From contig JAGDBK010000064.1 of assembly GCA_017959065.1 (NCBI GenBank), forward strand, positions 1,775 through 65,774: DNA of 64,000 bases, in the 5' to 3' direction. Position 1 is the stretch's first letter; each line of letters opens with the position of its first letter. The DNA comes from Clostridia bacterium (lineage in GTDB: Bacteria > Bacillota > Clostridia > Oscillospirales > CAG-272). Below the pieces are notes generated by a model. It did not search any database. It had not been told where the DNA came from and saw only the letters and a list, made by a program, of their open reading frames with translations. Made by a program: the position numbers and the translations under genes. Positions 37,488 through 48,499 of the stretch are shown here, one piece after another.

Positions 37488-39572
37488 ATGTTTGAGAATT
37501 ACAAAGTATTTAATTATGAACTCGCCGGCCGTCCTCTGGTGATCGAAAACGGAAAAATGGCGGGACTGGCAAACGGATCTGTTCTTGTCAGATACGGTGA
37601 TACCGCAGTGCTCTGTTCGGCTACGGCATCAGCCGCTCCGCGCGACGGTATTGATTTTCTTCCCCTTTCCGTGGATTACGAGGAGCGTCTTTACGCCATA
37701 GGCCGTATTCCCGGCGGATACCTGAAAAGAGAAGGCCGTCCCAGCGAGAACGCCATACTGGCTTCCCGAGTGATCGACCGTCCCATCAGACCCCTTTTCC
37801 CGAAGGATCTCAGAAATGATGTCAACCTGAATCTCATGGTCATGTCTGTTGATCATGACTGTTCACCGGAGATAACCGCAATGATCGGCGCGTCCGTCGC
37901 CCTGGCAATCTCGGATATTCCGTGGAACGGACCGATCGCCGGAGTATTTGTCGGCCTTGTTGACGGACAGCTCGTGATCAACCCGACCGAGGAGCAGCGT
38001 GAAATCAGTGAACTCGAACTGACTGTCGCCGGTACCGCTCAGAAGGTCGTGATGATCGAAGCCGGTGCGAAGGAAGTTTCCGATGACAAAATGTTTGAAG
38101 CGATAATGCTTGCTCACGAAGAGATCAAGAAGCTTATCGTGTTTATCGATTCGATCATAGCGGAAGTCGGGAAAAAGAAATTCGAATATCCCTCATGCGA
38201 AGTGCCGCAGGATCTGTACGAGAGCATCAAAGAGTTCTGTATCGAGGATGTCCGCCGCGCAATGGATACGGATGACAAGGTCATCAGGGACGAGGGCATA
38301 CAGCAGATAAAGAACAGAGTATATGAAAAATATGATCCGGATTATCCCGACATGCATGTCGTGATCGATGAGATCATATACAAGATCCAGAAATATGTGG
38401 TCCGCCGCTGGCTGCTTGACGATGGGAAGCGTGTTGACGGACGGCGTCTGGATGAGATCCGTCCGCTTGCGGCTGAAGTCGGACTCTTCAAGCGCACACA
38501 CGGGTCGGCCATGTTTACAAGAGGCCAGACTCAGGCTATCACCATTGCGACTCTCGGTTCTATCGGCGAAGCCCAGATGCTCGATGATATCGGCGGTGAT
38601 GAATCGAAGAGATATATGCATCATTACAACATGCCCGGTTTTTCCGTCGGCGATCCTAAATCGTCAAGGAGCCCCGGACGGCGCGAGATCGGGCACGGCG
38701 CCCTTGCAGAGCGTTCACTTTATCCTGTGCTTCCCTCTGTTGAGGAGTTCCCGTATGCGATCAGGCTCGTTTCGGAAATCGTCAGCTCGAATGGTTCGAC
38801 TTCGCAGGCATCCGTATGCGGTTCGACTCTTGCCCTGATGGATGCGGGCGTACCGATCAAGTCGCCTGTCGCCGGCATTTCGTGCGGCCTTATCACCGAG
38901 GGCGACCGCTGGATGACTATGATCGATATCCAGGGAGTAGAAGACTTTTTCGGCGATATGGACTTCAAGGTCGCCGGTACCCACAAGGGCATTACATCGA
39001 TCCAGATGGATCTCAAGATAGACGGACTGACGCCGGAGATCATCCGCGAAGCTCTTGCCGTAACTCACAAGGGAAGAGATTATATCATCGACGAGATAAT
39101 CCTGAAGACGATTTCGGAGCCGAGACCTGATGTTTCAGAGTATGCTCCGAAGATGATTACGATGCAGATCAATGTCGATAAGATCCGCGAGGTCATAGGT
39201 ACCGGCGGCAAGGTCATTCAGAAGATAGTTGCCGATACCGGCGCAAAGATAGATATAGAGGATGACGGTACGATATATATCGCTGCGGTCAACCGCGATT
39301 CGGCCTATGCGGCAAAATCCATCATCGATTCCATAGTATTTGAGCCGGAGGTAGGTCAGATCTACACCGGACGCGTCACCAGGATCATTCCGATCGGAGC
39401 GTTTGTCGAATTCGCTCCCGGGAAGGAAGGGCTCGTTCATATTTCCAAACTTGACAAGACCAGAGTCGGAAAAGTGGAAGATGTCTGTTCCGTCGGGGAT
39501 GAGATGCGCGTGAAATATCTCGGCGTTGATGAAAAAGGCAGGATCAATCTGTCCAGGAAAGACGCTCTGTAA
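37488..39572 (+). CDS. pnp: Polyribonucleotide nucleotidyltransferase (PNPase)
   Basis: 694 aa. Motifs GDMDFKVAGT, a KH region, and a C-terminal S1 domain (GQIYTGRVTRIIPIGAFVEF). Confidence 0.97.
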   Translation: MFENYKVFNYELAGRPLVIENGKMAGLANGSVLVRYGDTAVLCSATASAAPRDGIDFLPLSVDYEERLYAIGRIPGGYLKREGRPSENAILASRVIDRPIRPLFPKDLRNDVNLNLMVMSVDHDCSPEITAMIGASVALAISDIPWNGPIAGVFVGLVDGQLVINPTEEQREISELELTVAGTAQKVVMIEAGAKEVSDDKMFEAIMLAHEEIKKLIVFIDSIIAEVGKKKFEYPSCEVPQDLYESIKEFCIEDVRRAMDTDDKVIRDEGIQQIKNRVYEKYDPDYPDMHVVIDEIIYKIQKYVVRRWLLDDGKRVDGRRLDEIRPLAAEVGLFKRTHGSAMFTRGQTQAITIATLGSIGEAQMLDDIGGDESKRYMHHYNMPGFSVGDPKSSRSPGRREIGHGALAERSLYPVLPSVEEFPYAIRLVSEIVSSNGSTSQASVCGSTLALMDAGVPIKSPVAGISCGLITEGDRWMTMIDIQGVEDFFGDMDFKVAGTHKGITSIQMDLKIDGLTPEIIREALAVTHKGRDYIIDEIILKTISEPRPDVSEYAPKMITMQINVDKIREVIGTGGKVIQKIVADTGAKIDIEDDGTIYIAAVNRDSAYAAKSIIDSIVFEPEVGQIYTGRVTRIIPIGAFVEFAPGKEGLVHISKLDKTRVGKVEDVCSVGDEMRVKYLGVDEKGRINLSRKDAL

Positions 39573-39634
39573 TTAAGAAGAAAAAAACGATAATTGTTTG
39601 AAAGATCTGTCTTCAGACTGCAATAAACCCAAGA

Positions 39635-39678
39635 AGCGGCAGGTACGGACTTGTCCGTCCTGCCGCTGAAGGTTTTTT
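39635..39678 (+). terminator. Intrinsic terminator after pnp
   Basis: AGCGGCAGGtACGGAC-ttg-GTCCGTCCTGCCGCT, followed by GAAGGTTTTTT. Confidence 0.7.
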
Positions 39679-39689
39679 GAGGATTTTTC

Positions 39690-40757
39690 ATGAACAGCAG
39701 AAACAGAAAAACGGACTATCCGGGGAGCACGGGGTATCTCAGAGATGCGGGAAGAGGCGGAAAGCCGTCCCGCAGATGGGTGTTTCCGCTGGTTTTGATT
39801 ATACTGGCGGTAATAATACTGGTTGCCGTGATCTCGGCGGCGTCCGGAAGAAACAGCGGGACCGCTCAGGATCCCTCGGGCGAAAACCTGTCCGGACAGG
39901 ATGGGACGCGGTCGGATCCGCCCGGAGAAGACACGGCCGATCCCGGCGGGGAGAACGTGCCGGAATACAGGTCCTTATCGGTCTCGTCTTCGGAGATCTA
40001 TACCGGAGACCTTATTCTGGTAAATTCCGAATACGAGTATCATTTTCCCGAGAATCAGGAAATCGTCAATATCTACGAATACAAAACGGATGACTATAAA
40101 CTGGCGAGTATTACTCTGAGGCTTGACAGACGTATCCTTGAACTGTTTAACGGAATGCTTGCGGATTTTGCTTCAACCAAAGGCAGACGGGATGTCATTA
40201 TAAACTCGGGATACAGGGATGCTTCCGAACAGCAGGAGATCTATGAATCCAGGAAACAGGCTTACGGTCAGCAATATGCGGATGCCTACGTTCAGAAACC
40301 GGGCTTCAGCGAACACCATACGGGCTTTGCCCTTGATATGGCCGTGTACACTGACAGCAAAGTTTCCATGACGTTTGATCAGGATGAGGATTTCGACTGG
40401 TTTATGTATGCGTCCCATACTCACGGATTCATTTTGAGATATGCGTCTCACAAATCCGGGATAACAGGAATATCTGCCGAGCCTTGGCATTTCAGATATG
40501 TCGGTGTCCCCCATGCGTATTATATGTATGCAAATGATCTGTGCCTGGAGGAGTATATCGATCTTCTCAGAAATTATTCATTCGAATCTGAGCATCTTGT
40601 TTTCCGTGATGACGAGGAGACCCTTTGGGAGGTCTATTATATCCCGTCATCGGGAAGTGACAGGACTGAATTGCATGTCCCGGCGAGCAGAGAATATTCT
40701 GTTTCCGGAAACAATGTTGATGGATTTATTGTAACAGCAAGGAAAACAACCACCTAG
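39690..40757 (+). CDS. M15B-family D-alanyl-D-alanine carboxypeptidase (VanY-like), membrane-anchored
   Basis: TM segment WVFPLVLIILAVIILVAVI. Motifs INSGYRD, GFSEHHTGFALDM and EPWHFRYVG. Confidence 0.85.
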   Translation: MNSRNRKTDYPGSTGYLRDAGRGGKPSRRWVFPLVLIILAVIILVAVISAASGRNSGTAQDPSGENLSGQDGTRSDPPGEDTADPGGENVPEYRSLSVSSSEIYTGDLILVNSEYEYHFPENQEIVNIYEYKTDDYKLASITLRLDRRILELFNGMLADFASTKGRRDVIINSGYRDASEQQEIYESRKQAYGQQYADAYVQKPGFSEHHTGFALDMAVYTDSKVSMTFDQDEDFDWFMYASHTHGFILRYASHKSGITGISAEPWHFRYVGVPHAYYMYANDLCLEEYIDLLRNYSFESEHLVFRDDEETLWEVYYIPSSGSDRTELHVPASREYSVSGNNVDGFIVTARKTTT

Positions 40758-40786
40758 ACCAAGTTAAGAAGGGGAGGGACCAAAAA

Positions 40787-42283
40787 ATGACGGATCGCAC
40801 GAAATATAAAAGGGCTCTGGCTCTAACAGCGGTATTGGTCGCTGTCTCGATGCTGTTTACGTCCTGCGGTATTATCATAATCAATGATAACTCCGGAGCA
40901 GATGTTACGACCGTTTCAGAGGACACGACTTCATCGCCTGATGATACGACGTCATCCGAAAAGATAGATAAATCACCTACGCTTGATTATCTTAAGCTTG
41001 CAGGTGATTATGTGACTGCGGTCCCGGCTTATGATTTTGACGGGGCCGATATAGTGATATCGGGAATCGGCGCGGAAAAGTTCGGAGGCGTAAATGCCAA
41101 CGAGGCAGGAACGATAAACAGTCTGAACAAGAGTAAGCGAAACAAACTCGTTCAGGACGCATTAAACGGGAAACTGGTCTTTACGGAACCCGATGTGGAA
41201 GGATTTTATGAATCGCTGAAAGAAGCTGTCAATTCCGGGGAGAAGTTCTCGGATCTTCTCATCGTTCCTCAGCAGGTTGTAGGAGAACTGGCTCTTGCCG
41301 GATTGCTTTATGACGTTTCCGAACTGGACTGCAATTATCAGGAACCCTATTTTGATTTCAATGCCATGCAGTCATCCGGCGGAAATGTCCTTTATGCGGT
41401 GATCGGCGACGCCACAAAAGACCCTGATTATCTTTACGGAGTCTATTTCAACAAGACTCTCGTGACGGGCGCGGGACTGGATTTGCCATATAAACTGGTC
41501 GAGTCAGGCGAATGGACATTTGACAGATTCCTTGAGTATATGGACACTGTCAGCGCATCCGAACACGGTATAGAGGATCTGGCAATTCATGCCTTCGTTG
41601 ACGTGAATTACGCGGATATCCTGTTCGAGGGCGCGGGCTTTTCAATGATAACAAGCGTATTCGGCGAGGCTCCCGTTATTACGGAGCCTACCGAGGAGGC
41701 TGAGTCTTTCATGGAAAAACTCAAGAATCTATTTGAGACAAACCCCAAATGGGCAGGAGACTCGCCGGAGACAAAATTTGCCGACGGAGAGATGCTGTTC
41801 TACGTTTCTCCCCTTCAGAGAAGCAACGCTCTTTCGACCGCAGCGGCGGACTGGGGCATAGTTCCGATGCCGAAGGGAAGCAAGGAACAGCAGAATTACC
41901 GTACTCTAGCCGATCCCGACATGCCAGTCGTGGTAGTTCCGAAGAATATTACCGACAAAGCGGAGACCTCATCTCTTGTGAGCGCGCTTTTCGCCGCGTC
42001 TTACAAATATCTCGGGACCGCTTATGCGGAAAACCAGATGTCGTATTTCCTTCGTGACTCGGAGTCCGTCAACATGGTATACAGGATCATTAATTCCGCT
42101 GTTTACGACGGAGCATATATGTTCAGTTCAGCATATGCCACTGTATCCAATGCGACTATAACATCTCTGAGAAATGCCGCTCTCGGGAAAAGCACGATAA
42201 GGAACTATTACGATTTTTACGCATCCAAGGCGGACAATTCCATGAAAGCTCTCAAGGTCAGTTCGAAGGAACAGGCCTCCTGA
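40787..42283 (+). CDS. Lipoprotein, solute-binding-protein-like (function unknown)
   Basis: Lipobox MLFTSCG followed by a Ser/Thr/Asp-rich linker. The overall pattern resembles family-1 extracellular solute-binding proteins. No adjacent ABC permease genes. Confidence 0.45.
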   Translation: MTDRTKYKRALALTAVLVAVSMLFTSCGIIIINDNSGADVTTVSEDTTSSPDDTTSSEKIDKSPTLDYLKLAGDYVTAVPAYDFDGADIVISGIGAEKFGGVNANEAGTINSLNKSKRNKLVQDALNGKLVFTEPDVEGFYESLKEAVNSGEKFSDLLIVPQQVVGELALAGLLYDVSELDCNYQEPYFDFNAMQSSGGNVLYAVIGDATKDPDYLYGVYFNKTLVTGAGLDLPYKLVESGEWTFDRFLEYMDTVSASEHGIEDLAIHAFVDVNYADILFEGAGFSMITSVFGEAPVITEPTEEAESFMEKLKNLFETNPKWAGDSPETKFADGEMLFYVSPLQRSNALSTAAADWGIVPMPKGSKEQQNYRTLADPDMPVVVVPKNITDKAETSSLVSALFAASYKYLGTAYAENQMSYFLRDSESVNMVYRIINSAVYDGAYMFSSAYATVSNATITSLRNAALGKSTIRNYYDFYASKADNSMKALKVSSKEQAS

Positions 42284-42336
42284 GGGGAAAGAGATCGGAC
42301 GATAGCATTTCTGCATCAGATTGGAGGAACTAAACA

Positions 42337-43131
42337 GTGAGCACAATTTCAGTCATGACTTTCAATATCCGGTACGATACAGCGGAAGACGGTCCTTATC
42401 AGCTCCGTCCTTACCGGTATGAATATGTAGACGAGTATCTAAAGAACTTCGCTGCGGATGTTATAGGGTTTCAGGAAGTCGATAAAGAGACACAGAAAAA
42501 TCTTGCCGGGACATTGAGCAACTACTGGGTGATAGGCGCGGGGAGGATGAAGAATTTTTCCGATGAATCCAGCTGCATAGCTTTCAACAGGGACAAGTTC
42601 CAGCTTTTAAGCTGCGATACGTTCTGGCTTTCCCCGACTCCGGGGATTTGTGATTCATATCCGCTGGAAGTTTTCCCGGGCAGAGTCTGCACGACCGTTA
42701 CGCTGATACCCAAAAGGGAAAAGGGAAGGGACGCTACACCTTTCAGAGTTTACAACACCCATCTGTTCCATAATGCGGACGAGAGGCTTTGCTATTACGG
42801 CGTTTCCGTTATTCTGGACAGGATGCTGAAAGATAAACAGTATTCAGATTATCCGGCTGTTCTTATGGGCGACTTCAATTCTGAACCGGATTCGCTGGCG
42901 ATCAGGTCTATAAAGGAATTCAAACCGTTAAAACTTGCTGATATTACGGATGATGTAGGGTATACATATCATGAATATGAAAATCCTGATCTGAAAAAAA
43001 CGAAGATAGACTATATTTTCACGGATGCCGAGTATGATCCGGATTCGATCGACAAAGTCACGGCACGCAGGAAGGGTGACAGGATGTTTCTCAGCGACCA
43101 TTACCCGATAAGAGCCGAGATCCTGCTGTGA
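42337..43131 (+). CDS. Endonuclease/exonuclease/phosphatase (EEP) family protein, copy 1
   Basis: GTG start, with SD GGAGGA 9 nt upstream. Motifs MTFNIRYD, GFQEV, GDFNSEPDS and SDHYPIRAEI. Confidence 0.8.
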   Translation: MSTISVMTFNIRYDTAEDGPYQLRPYRYEYVDEYLKNFAADVIGFQEVDKETQKNLAGTLSNYWVIGAGRMKNFSDESSCIAFNRDKFQLLSCDTFWLSPTPGICDSYPLEVFPGRVCTTVTLIPKREKGRDATPFRVYNTHLFHNADERLCYYGVSVILDRMLKDKQYSDYPAVLMGDFNSEPDSLAIRSIKEFKPLKLADITDDVGYTYHEYENPDLKKTKIDYIFTDAEYDPDSIDKVTARRKGDRMFLSDHYPIRAEILL

Positions 43132-43189
43132 CTCGGATCGGGAAACTGCGGCAGATATACAAATTCAACCGGATAACGGGGTAAGAAGT

Positions 43190-43984
43190 ATGGGAACAAA
43201 AGTAACGCTGATGACTTTCAATATGAGAATGAATGCCCGAAACGACGGGGAATATCAGTTATACCCCTACAGAATAGGGTATGTCATTGATTTCATAAGA
43301 AAAAGCGGAGTCGATGTGATAGGAATGCAGGAAGTTCAGCCGGAGACAAGGAGACTTCTGGTCGACAGTCTGTCGGCGGATTATCTGATAGCCGGCTACG
43401 GAAGGAATGACGACTTCGGCGGGGAGGCCAGCTGCGTTGCATTTAAAAAGGATAAATTCGCGCTGCTGTCCTATGATACTTTCTGGATCTCCGACACCCC
43501 TTTGGTGCCCGCTTCCAGACCTGAAGGGATCCATATCCCAAGGATCTGCACGGAAGTCACGCTGCTTCCGACAGGGATCGGTGAGACAAAACCGTTCCGT
43601 GTTTACAACACGCACCTTTTCAATGCCGTTGAAGATGATATGAGCACTTTCGGAGTCAAGGTAATCATCGAGAGAATGATAGCGGACTCCGCTGTCATGA
43701 AATATCCGATAGCACTGATGGGCGATTTCAACTGTACTCCCGAATCAAATGCAATCGCTACAATCAGAAAGTGCAAGGAACTGAAGCTCCGGGATTTAAC
43801 GGCTGACGTTGGATACACTTTCAACGGGTATGAGAGGGATGAAAAACACAGGGCAAAGATCGACTATATTTTCACCAATGCCAGAGCTGTCCCCGGGTCG
43901 GCCGCGAAAGTGACAGACCGCAGAGAAAAGGACGGTATGTTCCTCAGTGATCACTATCCCGTAAAAGCGGCAATAGTATTATAA
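43190..43984 (+). CDS. Endonuclease/exonuclease/phosphatase (EEP) family protein, copy 2
   Basis: Also 264 aa and collinear with copy 1. Motifs MTFNMRMN, GMQEV, GDFNCTPES and SDHYPVKAAI. Confidence 0.8.
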   Translation: MGTKVTLMTFNMRMNARNDGEYQLYPYRIGYVIDFIRKSGVDVIGMQEVQPETRRLLVDSLSADYLIAGYGRNDDFGGEASCVAFKKDKFALLSYDTFWISDTPLVPASRPEGIHIPRICTEVTLLPTGIGETKPFRVYNTHLFNAVEDDMSTFGVKVIIERMIADSAVMKYPIALMGDFNCTPESNAIATIRKCKELKLRDLTADVGYTFNGYERDEKHRAKIDYIFTNARAVPGSAAKVTDRREKDGMFLSDHYPVKAAIVL

Positions 43985-44043
43985 GGTTAAATTATTTTTC
44001 AGGTTTGGACAAAGATCTTCTTCGGGCGTGTTCCGGATCAGTT

Positions 44044-45450
44044 ATGACTAAAAATCACGGGCAGAAGATCTTTGACGCGATAGAGCATTTGAGGATGGAT
44101 AAGGTTTATTTCAAGCGCAATGCAGTTAAAATATTTCTGCTTTGTTTTATAGCATATTCTGTGATCTATGTCGGAAGAAAGAATTTCGGCGCCTGCGCGA
44201 ACGCGATGATTAGGGAAGGCGTTATTGACGAGGTCATCAGCGGGACGATACTTGCCGCCTTTCTGATAGCTTATGCGATGGGTCAGTTCATAGTCGGTAT
44301 TATCGGCGATATCGTCCCGCCCAGGGTAATGATTTCGGCAGGGCTTTTAGGGGCAGGACTGGCAAATATCTTAATGGGCATTAACAGCAATCCGGTCCTG
44401 TATATTATTATCTGGTTTTTTTGCGGCGCATCATGTTCGATGCTTTGGGCCCCGATGATTTACTGTATTTCAAACTGGATCACCGAAGACAACCAGAAAT
44501 GGGCTGGAGTCGATATCGCCGTTTCCATTCCGGCAGGAACCATCATATCGTATTTTCTCTGTTTTATATTACTGAAAGTCTCTGGATGGAGGGTCTCGTT
44601 TATCGTCTGCGGCTCGGTGCTGATTGTGACTTCCGCACTTATCTTCATTTTTTTGGGCAGAATGAAGTCATATATCTCCGAGATGGAAGAACGATCGAAG
44701 CTTACTGTTAAGAAGAATTCGGAAATTGAAGGGAAAGATTTCAAGAAGCTTTCCATACTGAGAGTCGTTTTTACTTTCGGATTGACTTTCACTGTCTTCG
44801 GAATCCTTTCCAACGGTATTCTGAAAGACGGCCTTGAGTCTTGGGTGCCGACTTATATATCTGATCTTTTCAATGAAACAGAGCCGGCTGCCTCGCTAAT
44901 ATCTATCATGCTGCCTGTAGTCAGTCTTTCCGGGGTTTTTCTGGCGACATGGGTCTGCAGACGTTTCTGCAAGTCAAATGAAATGCTTGCAAGCGGTTAT
45001 CTTTTTGCAGGAGCGGCTGTTCTTATGCTGTCTGTCCTCATACTGACGATCTTCAGTTCCGGCAGCGGAGAAGCAGCAGAAGGCAGTTCGGTTGTGACGA
45101 TGCTTGTCACTGTGTTTCTGATCAGTATGGTAATTGCAATCATGCTTGGCATAAACAATCTTTATCTGACATTTATACCGCTTTCGTTCGGTAAGATAGG
45201 AAAGGCCTCATCCGTCACGGGTTTCCTAAATTCGGTCTCATACGGTGCGGCCGCACTTTCCGGGGTGGTTTCCGGCTTCCTTCTCAAGAACGTGGGGTGG
45301 ACAGCTGCAATTGCGATGTTTACCGGATCCGCTGTTCTCGGAGCGGTTGCGGGTTTTTCCGGTTCAAGGACCTGGGGGAGGGTCAAGGAAAGGTTCTCCA
45401 AGGGTGACACAAAGCAGGATTCCCCGGCGGAGACAGATTCAGGTCAATGA
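44044..45450 (+). CDS. MFS transporter, organophosphate:Pi antiporter (OPA/UhpC-GlpT-like) type
   Basis: About 12 TM segments. N-terminal VIYVGRKNFGA resembles the GlpT/UhpC R-K-N-F motif. The start is uncertain (ATG 44044 chosen; the track ORF starts at TTG 44005). Confidence 0.7.
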   Translation: MTKNHGQKIFDAIEHLRMDKVYFKRNAVKIFLLCFIAYSVIYVGRKNFGACANAMIREGVIDEVISGTILAAFLIAYAMGQFIVGIIGDIVPPRVMISAGLLGAGLANILMGINSNPVLYIIIWFFCGASCSMLWAPMIYCISNWITEDNQKWAGVDIAVSIPAGTIISYFLCFILLKVSGWRVSFIVCGSVLIVTSALIFIFLGRMKSYISEMEERSKLTVKKNSEIEGKDFKKLSILRVVFTFGLTFTVFGILSNGILKDGLESWVPTYISDLFNETEPAASLISIMLPVVSLSGVFLATWVCRRFCKSNEMLASGYLFAGAAVLMLSVLILTIFSSGSGEAAEGSSVVTMLVTVFLISMVIAIMLGINNLYLTFIPLSFGKIGKASSVTGFLNSVSYGAAALSGVVSGFLLKNVGWTAAIAMFTGSAVLGAVAGFSGSRTWGRVKERFSKGDTKQDSPAETDSGQ

Positions 45451-45520
45451 CTTCAGGCATGCCAAAGCGTTGAGGGAGCGGACCAGTCTAGAAAATAATA
45501 CTATAACACGCATACAAAAA

Positions 45521-45543
45521 GAACCGGGATTATATCCCGGCTC
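45521..45543. terminator. Bidirectional terminator (MFS / gdhA convergent)
   Basis: GAACCGGGAT-tat-ATCCCGGCTC, flanked by CAAAAA and TTTTATTT. Confidence 0.65.
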
Positions 45544-45567
45544 TTTTATTTCTAATATCATGTTCTA

Positions 45568-46935
<1,368 letters not shown>

Positions 46936-47091
46936 CTAACGGGCATAGCTATAGCATGTCCCGTCAAAGACGCCTTTGCCTTTAACAGAATGATGAAAAA
47001 ACTGTTTCGATGTCCTGACATGAACGCCGAAACAGACTATCTGCGCCGATTATACAACACAGCATTTGAAAAGTCAACCTTTTGTGTATAC

Positions 47092-47120
47092 ATTGAAGAT
47101 TTTCTAAATAAATGATATAA
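47092..47120 (+). promoter_or_regulatory. Sigma-A promoter of glnA
   Basis: TTGAAG (47092-47097), 17-nt spacer, TATAAT (47115-47120). Confidence 0.65.
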
Positions 47121-47245
47121 TGACGACAATCTATCATTATGGGACCGAATCGATCTTGCTGAGCAGAATAGAGAAAGACGGTCTTTTCATATTTATGATG
47201 GCTGTCGGCCGGTTCGAGGGCTTATGCCGGCAGAAGGAGGTTTCT

Positions 47246-48454
47246 ATGAAATATTCAAAGGATGAGGTCCTTCAGTATGTTCATGAGGACGATGTTAAAT
47301 TTATCAGGCTGGCTTTTTGCGATGTTTTCGGTAGACAGAAGAACATTTCGATAATGCCGGACGAACTGGAAAGAGCGTTTGAAGAGGGGATACCTTTTGA
47401 TTCATCCGCGATAGAGGGGTTCGGGAACGTGACCGGAAGCGATCTTTTCATTCATCCGGATCCCGAGACAATAATGCAGCTTCCGTGGAGACCTGAACAC
47501 GGCAAGGTCGTCAGAATGTATTCGGGAATCACTTACCCTGACGGAAGAGAGTTTGAGCTTGACACCAGAAATATTTTGAAAAAGGCAATCGCCGAGGCTT
47601 CCGGCCGCGGAATTAAATTTCTGTTCGGGACTGAGCAGGAGTTTTATCTGTTTTGCAGGGATGAGAATGACAATCCGACCAAAACTCCATATGATAACGC
47701 GGGATATATGGACATCGCGCCGGATGACCGCGGGGAGAATATCCGCCGGGAGATCTGTCTGACTCTCGAGCAGATGGGCATACGGCCCGAAAACTCTTAC
47801 CACAAAGAGGGACCGGGTCAGAATGAGATTGATTTTCGCTACTCGGACACACTTTCGGCGGCAGACAATGCTGTGACGTTCCAGACCGTTGTGAAAATCA
47901 TTGCGCACAGAAACGGTCTTTGTGCCGATTTCTCGCCCAAACCGATTGAAACGGCGCCGGGCAGCGGATTTCATATCAATATTGTTCCTGATAAAGGCGG
48001 CGAAGGAAAGAATTTCAGTCATATGGTCGGCGGTATCATGGAAAAGATTGGCGAAATTACTCTGTTTTTGAATCCTTCCGACAACTCATACAGGCGTTTC
48101 GGGATGAACAAAGCGCCGGGATTCGTTTCATGGTCGAAGGGAAACCGTTCCCAGCTGATAAGGATAACTGATTATAAAGGCAACCCGTGCCGCGCGGAGA
48201 TCCGTTCTCCGGACTCCGGTTCCAATCCGTATCTTGCATTTGCTCTTCTGATCTATTCGGCAATTTACGGCATAGAGAACGGGACGCCTCTTCCTGAGGA
48301 GACAGATATCAGTCTGCTCAGAGCCGGAGATGATATTCCCGGGATCAGCAGACTTCCGGAAAGCCTGTCCGCCGCGCGCAGGATAGCTTCGGAAAGTAGC
48401 TTCGTGTCGGAGCTGGTCCCGAAACAAATATTAGAGTGTTACTGCGACAGATAA
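47246..48454 (+). CDS. glnA: Glutamine synthetase (short ~402 aa form)
   Basis: Start refined to ATG 47246 (SD AAGGAGG). Motifs VKFIRLAFCDVFG, FGTEQEFYLF and GSGFHIN. Confidence 0.9.
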   Translation: MKYSKDEVLQYVHEDDVKFIRLAFCDVFGRQKNISIMPDELERAFEEGIPFDSSAIEGFGNVTGSDLFIHPDPETIMQLPWRPEHGKVVRMYSGITYPDGREFELDTRNILKKAIAEASGRGIKFLFGTEQEFYLFCRDENDNPTKTPYDNAGYMDIAPDDRGENIRREICLTLEQMGIRPENSYHKEGPGQNEIDFRYSDTLSAADNAVTFQTVVKIIAHRNGLCADFSPKPIETAPGSGFHINIVPDKGGEGKNFSHMVGGIMEKIGEITLFLNPSDNSYRRFGMNKAPGFVSWSKGNRSQLIRITDYKGNPCRAEIRSPDSGSNPYLAFALLIYSAIYGIENGTPLPEETDISLLRAGDDIPGISRLPESLSAARRIASESSFVSELVPKQILECYCDR

Positions 48455-48499
48455 GGGCCGCCGCGGACAAATAAAGCCGATAGTGAAAGGAGGATGACC

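Noticed and set aside
47120-47245. N-terminal extensions in the ORF track. Affected genes are glnA, glyA (7495), pfkA (9428), U32 (25250), SBP (50418), permease (51311), MGS-like (5544), gdhA (46920), GNAT (56993), the isomerase (63030) and the cyclo-ligase (33338).
   Set aside because: In each case an internal start with a good SD coincides with the conserved N-terminus of the family. The extension also overlaps a promoter, a terminator or the upstream gene.
47121-47245. Searched the glnA leader for the ANTAR target: two tandem stem-loops with hexaloops carrying A at position 1 and G at position 4, overlapping a terminator.
   Set aside because: Only short or irregular hairpins were found (for example GCCGG..14 nt..CCGGC). 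There is no dual-hexaloop arrangement and no convincing terminator, so the ANTAR protein probably acts elsewhere. I cannot exclude it without a covariance-model search.
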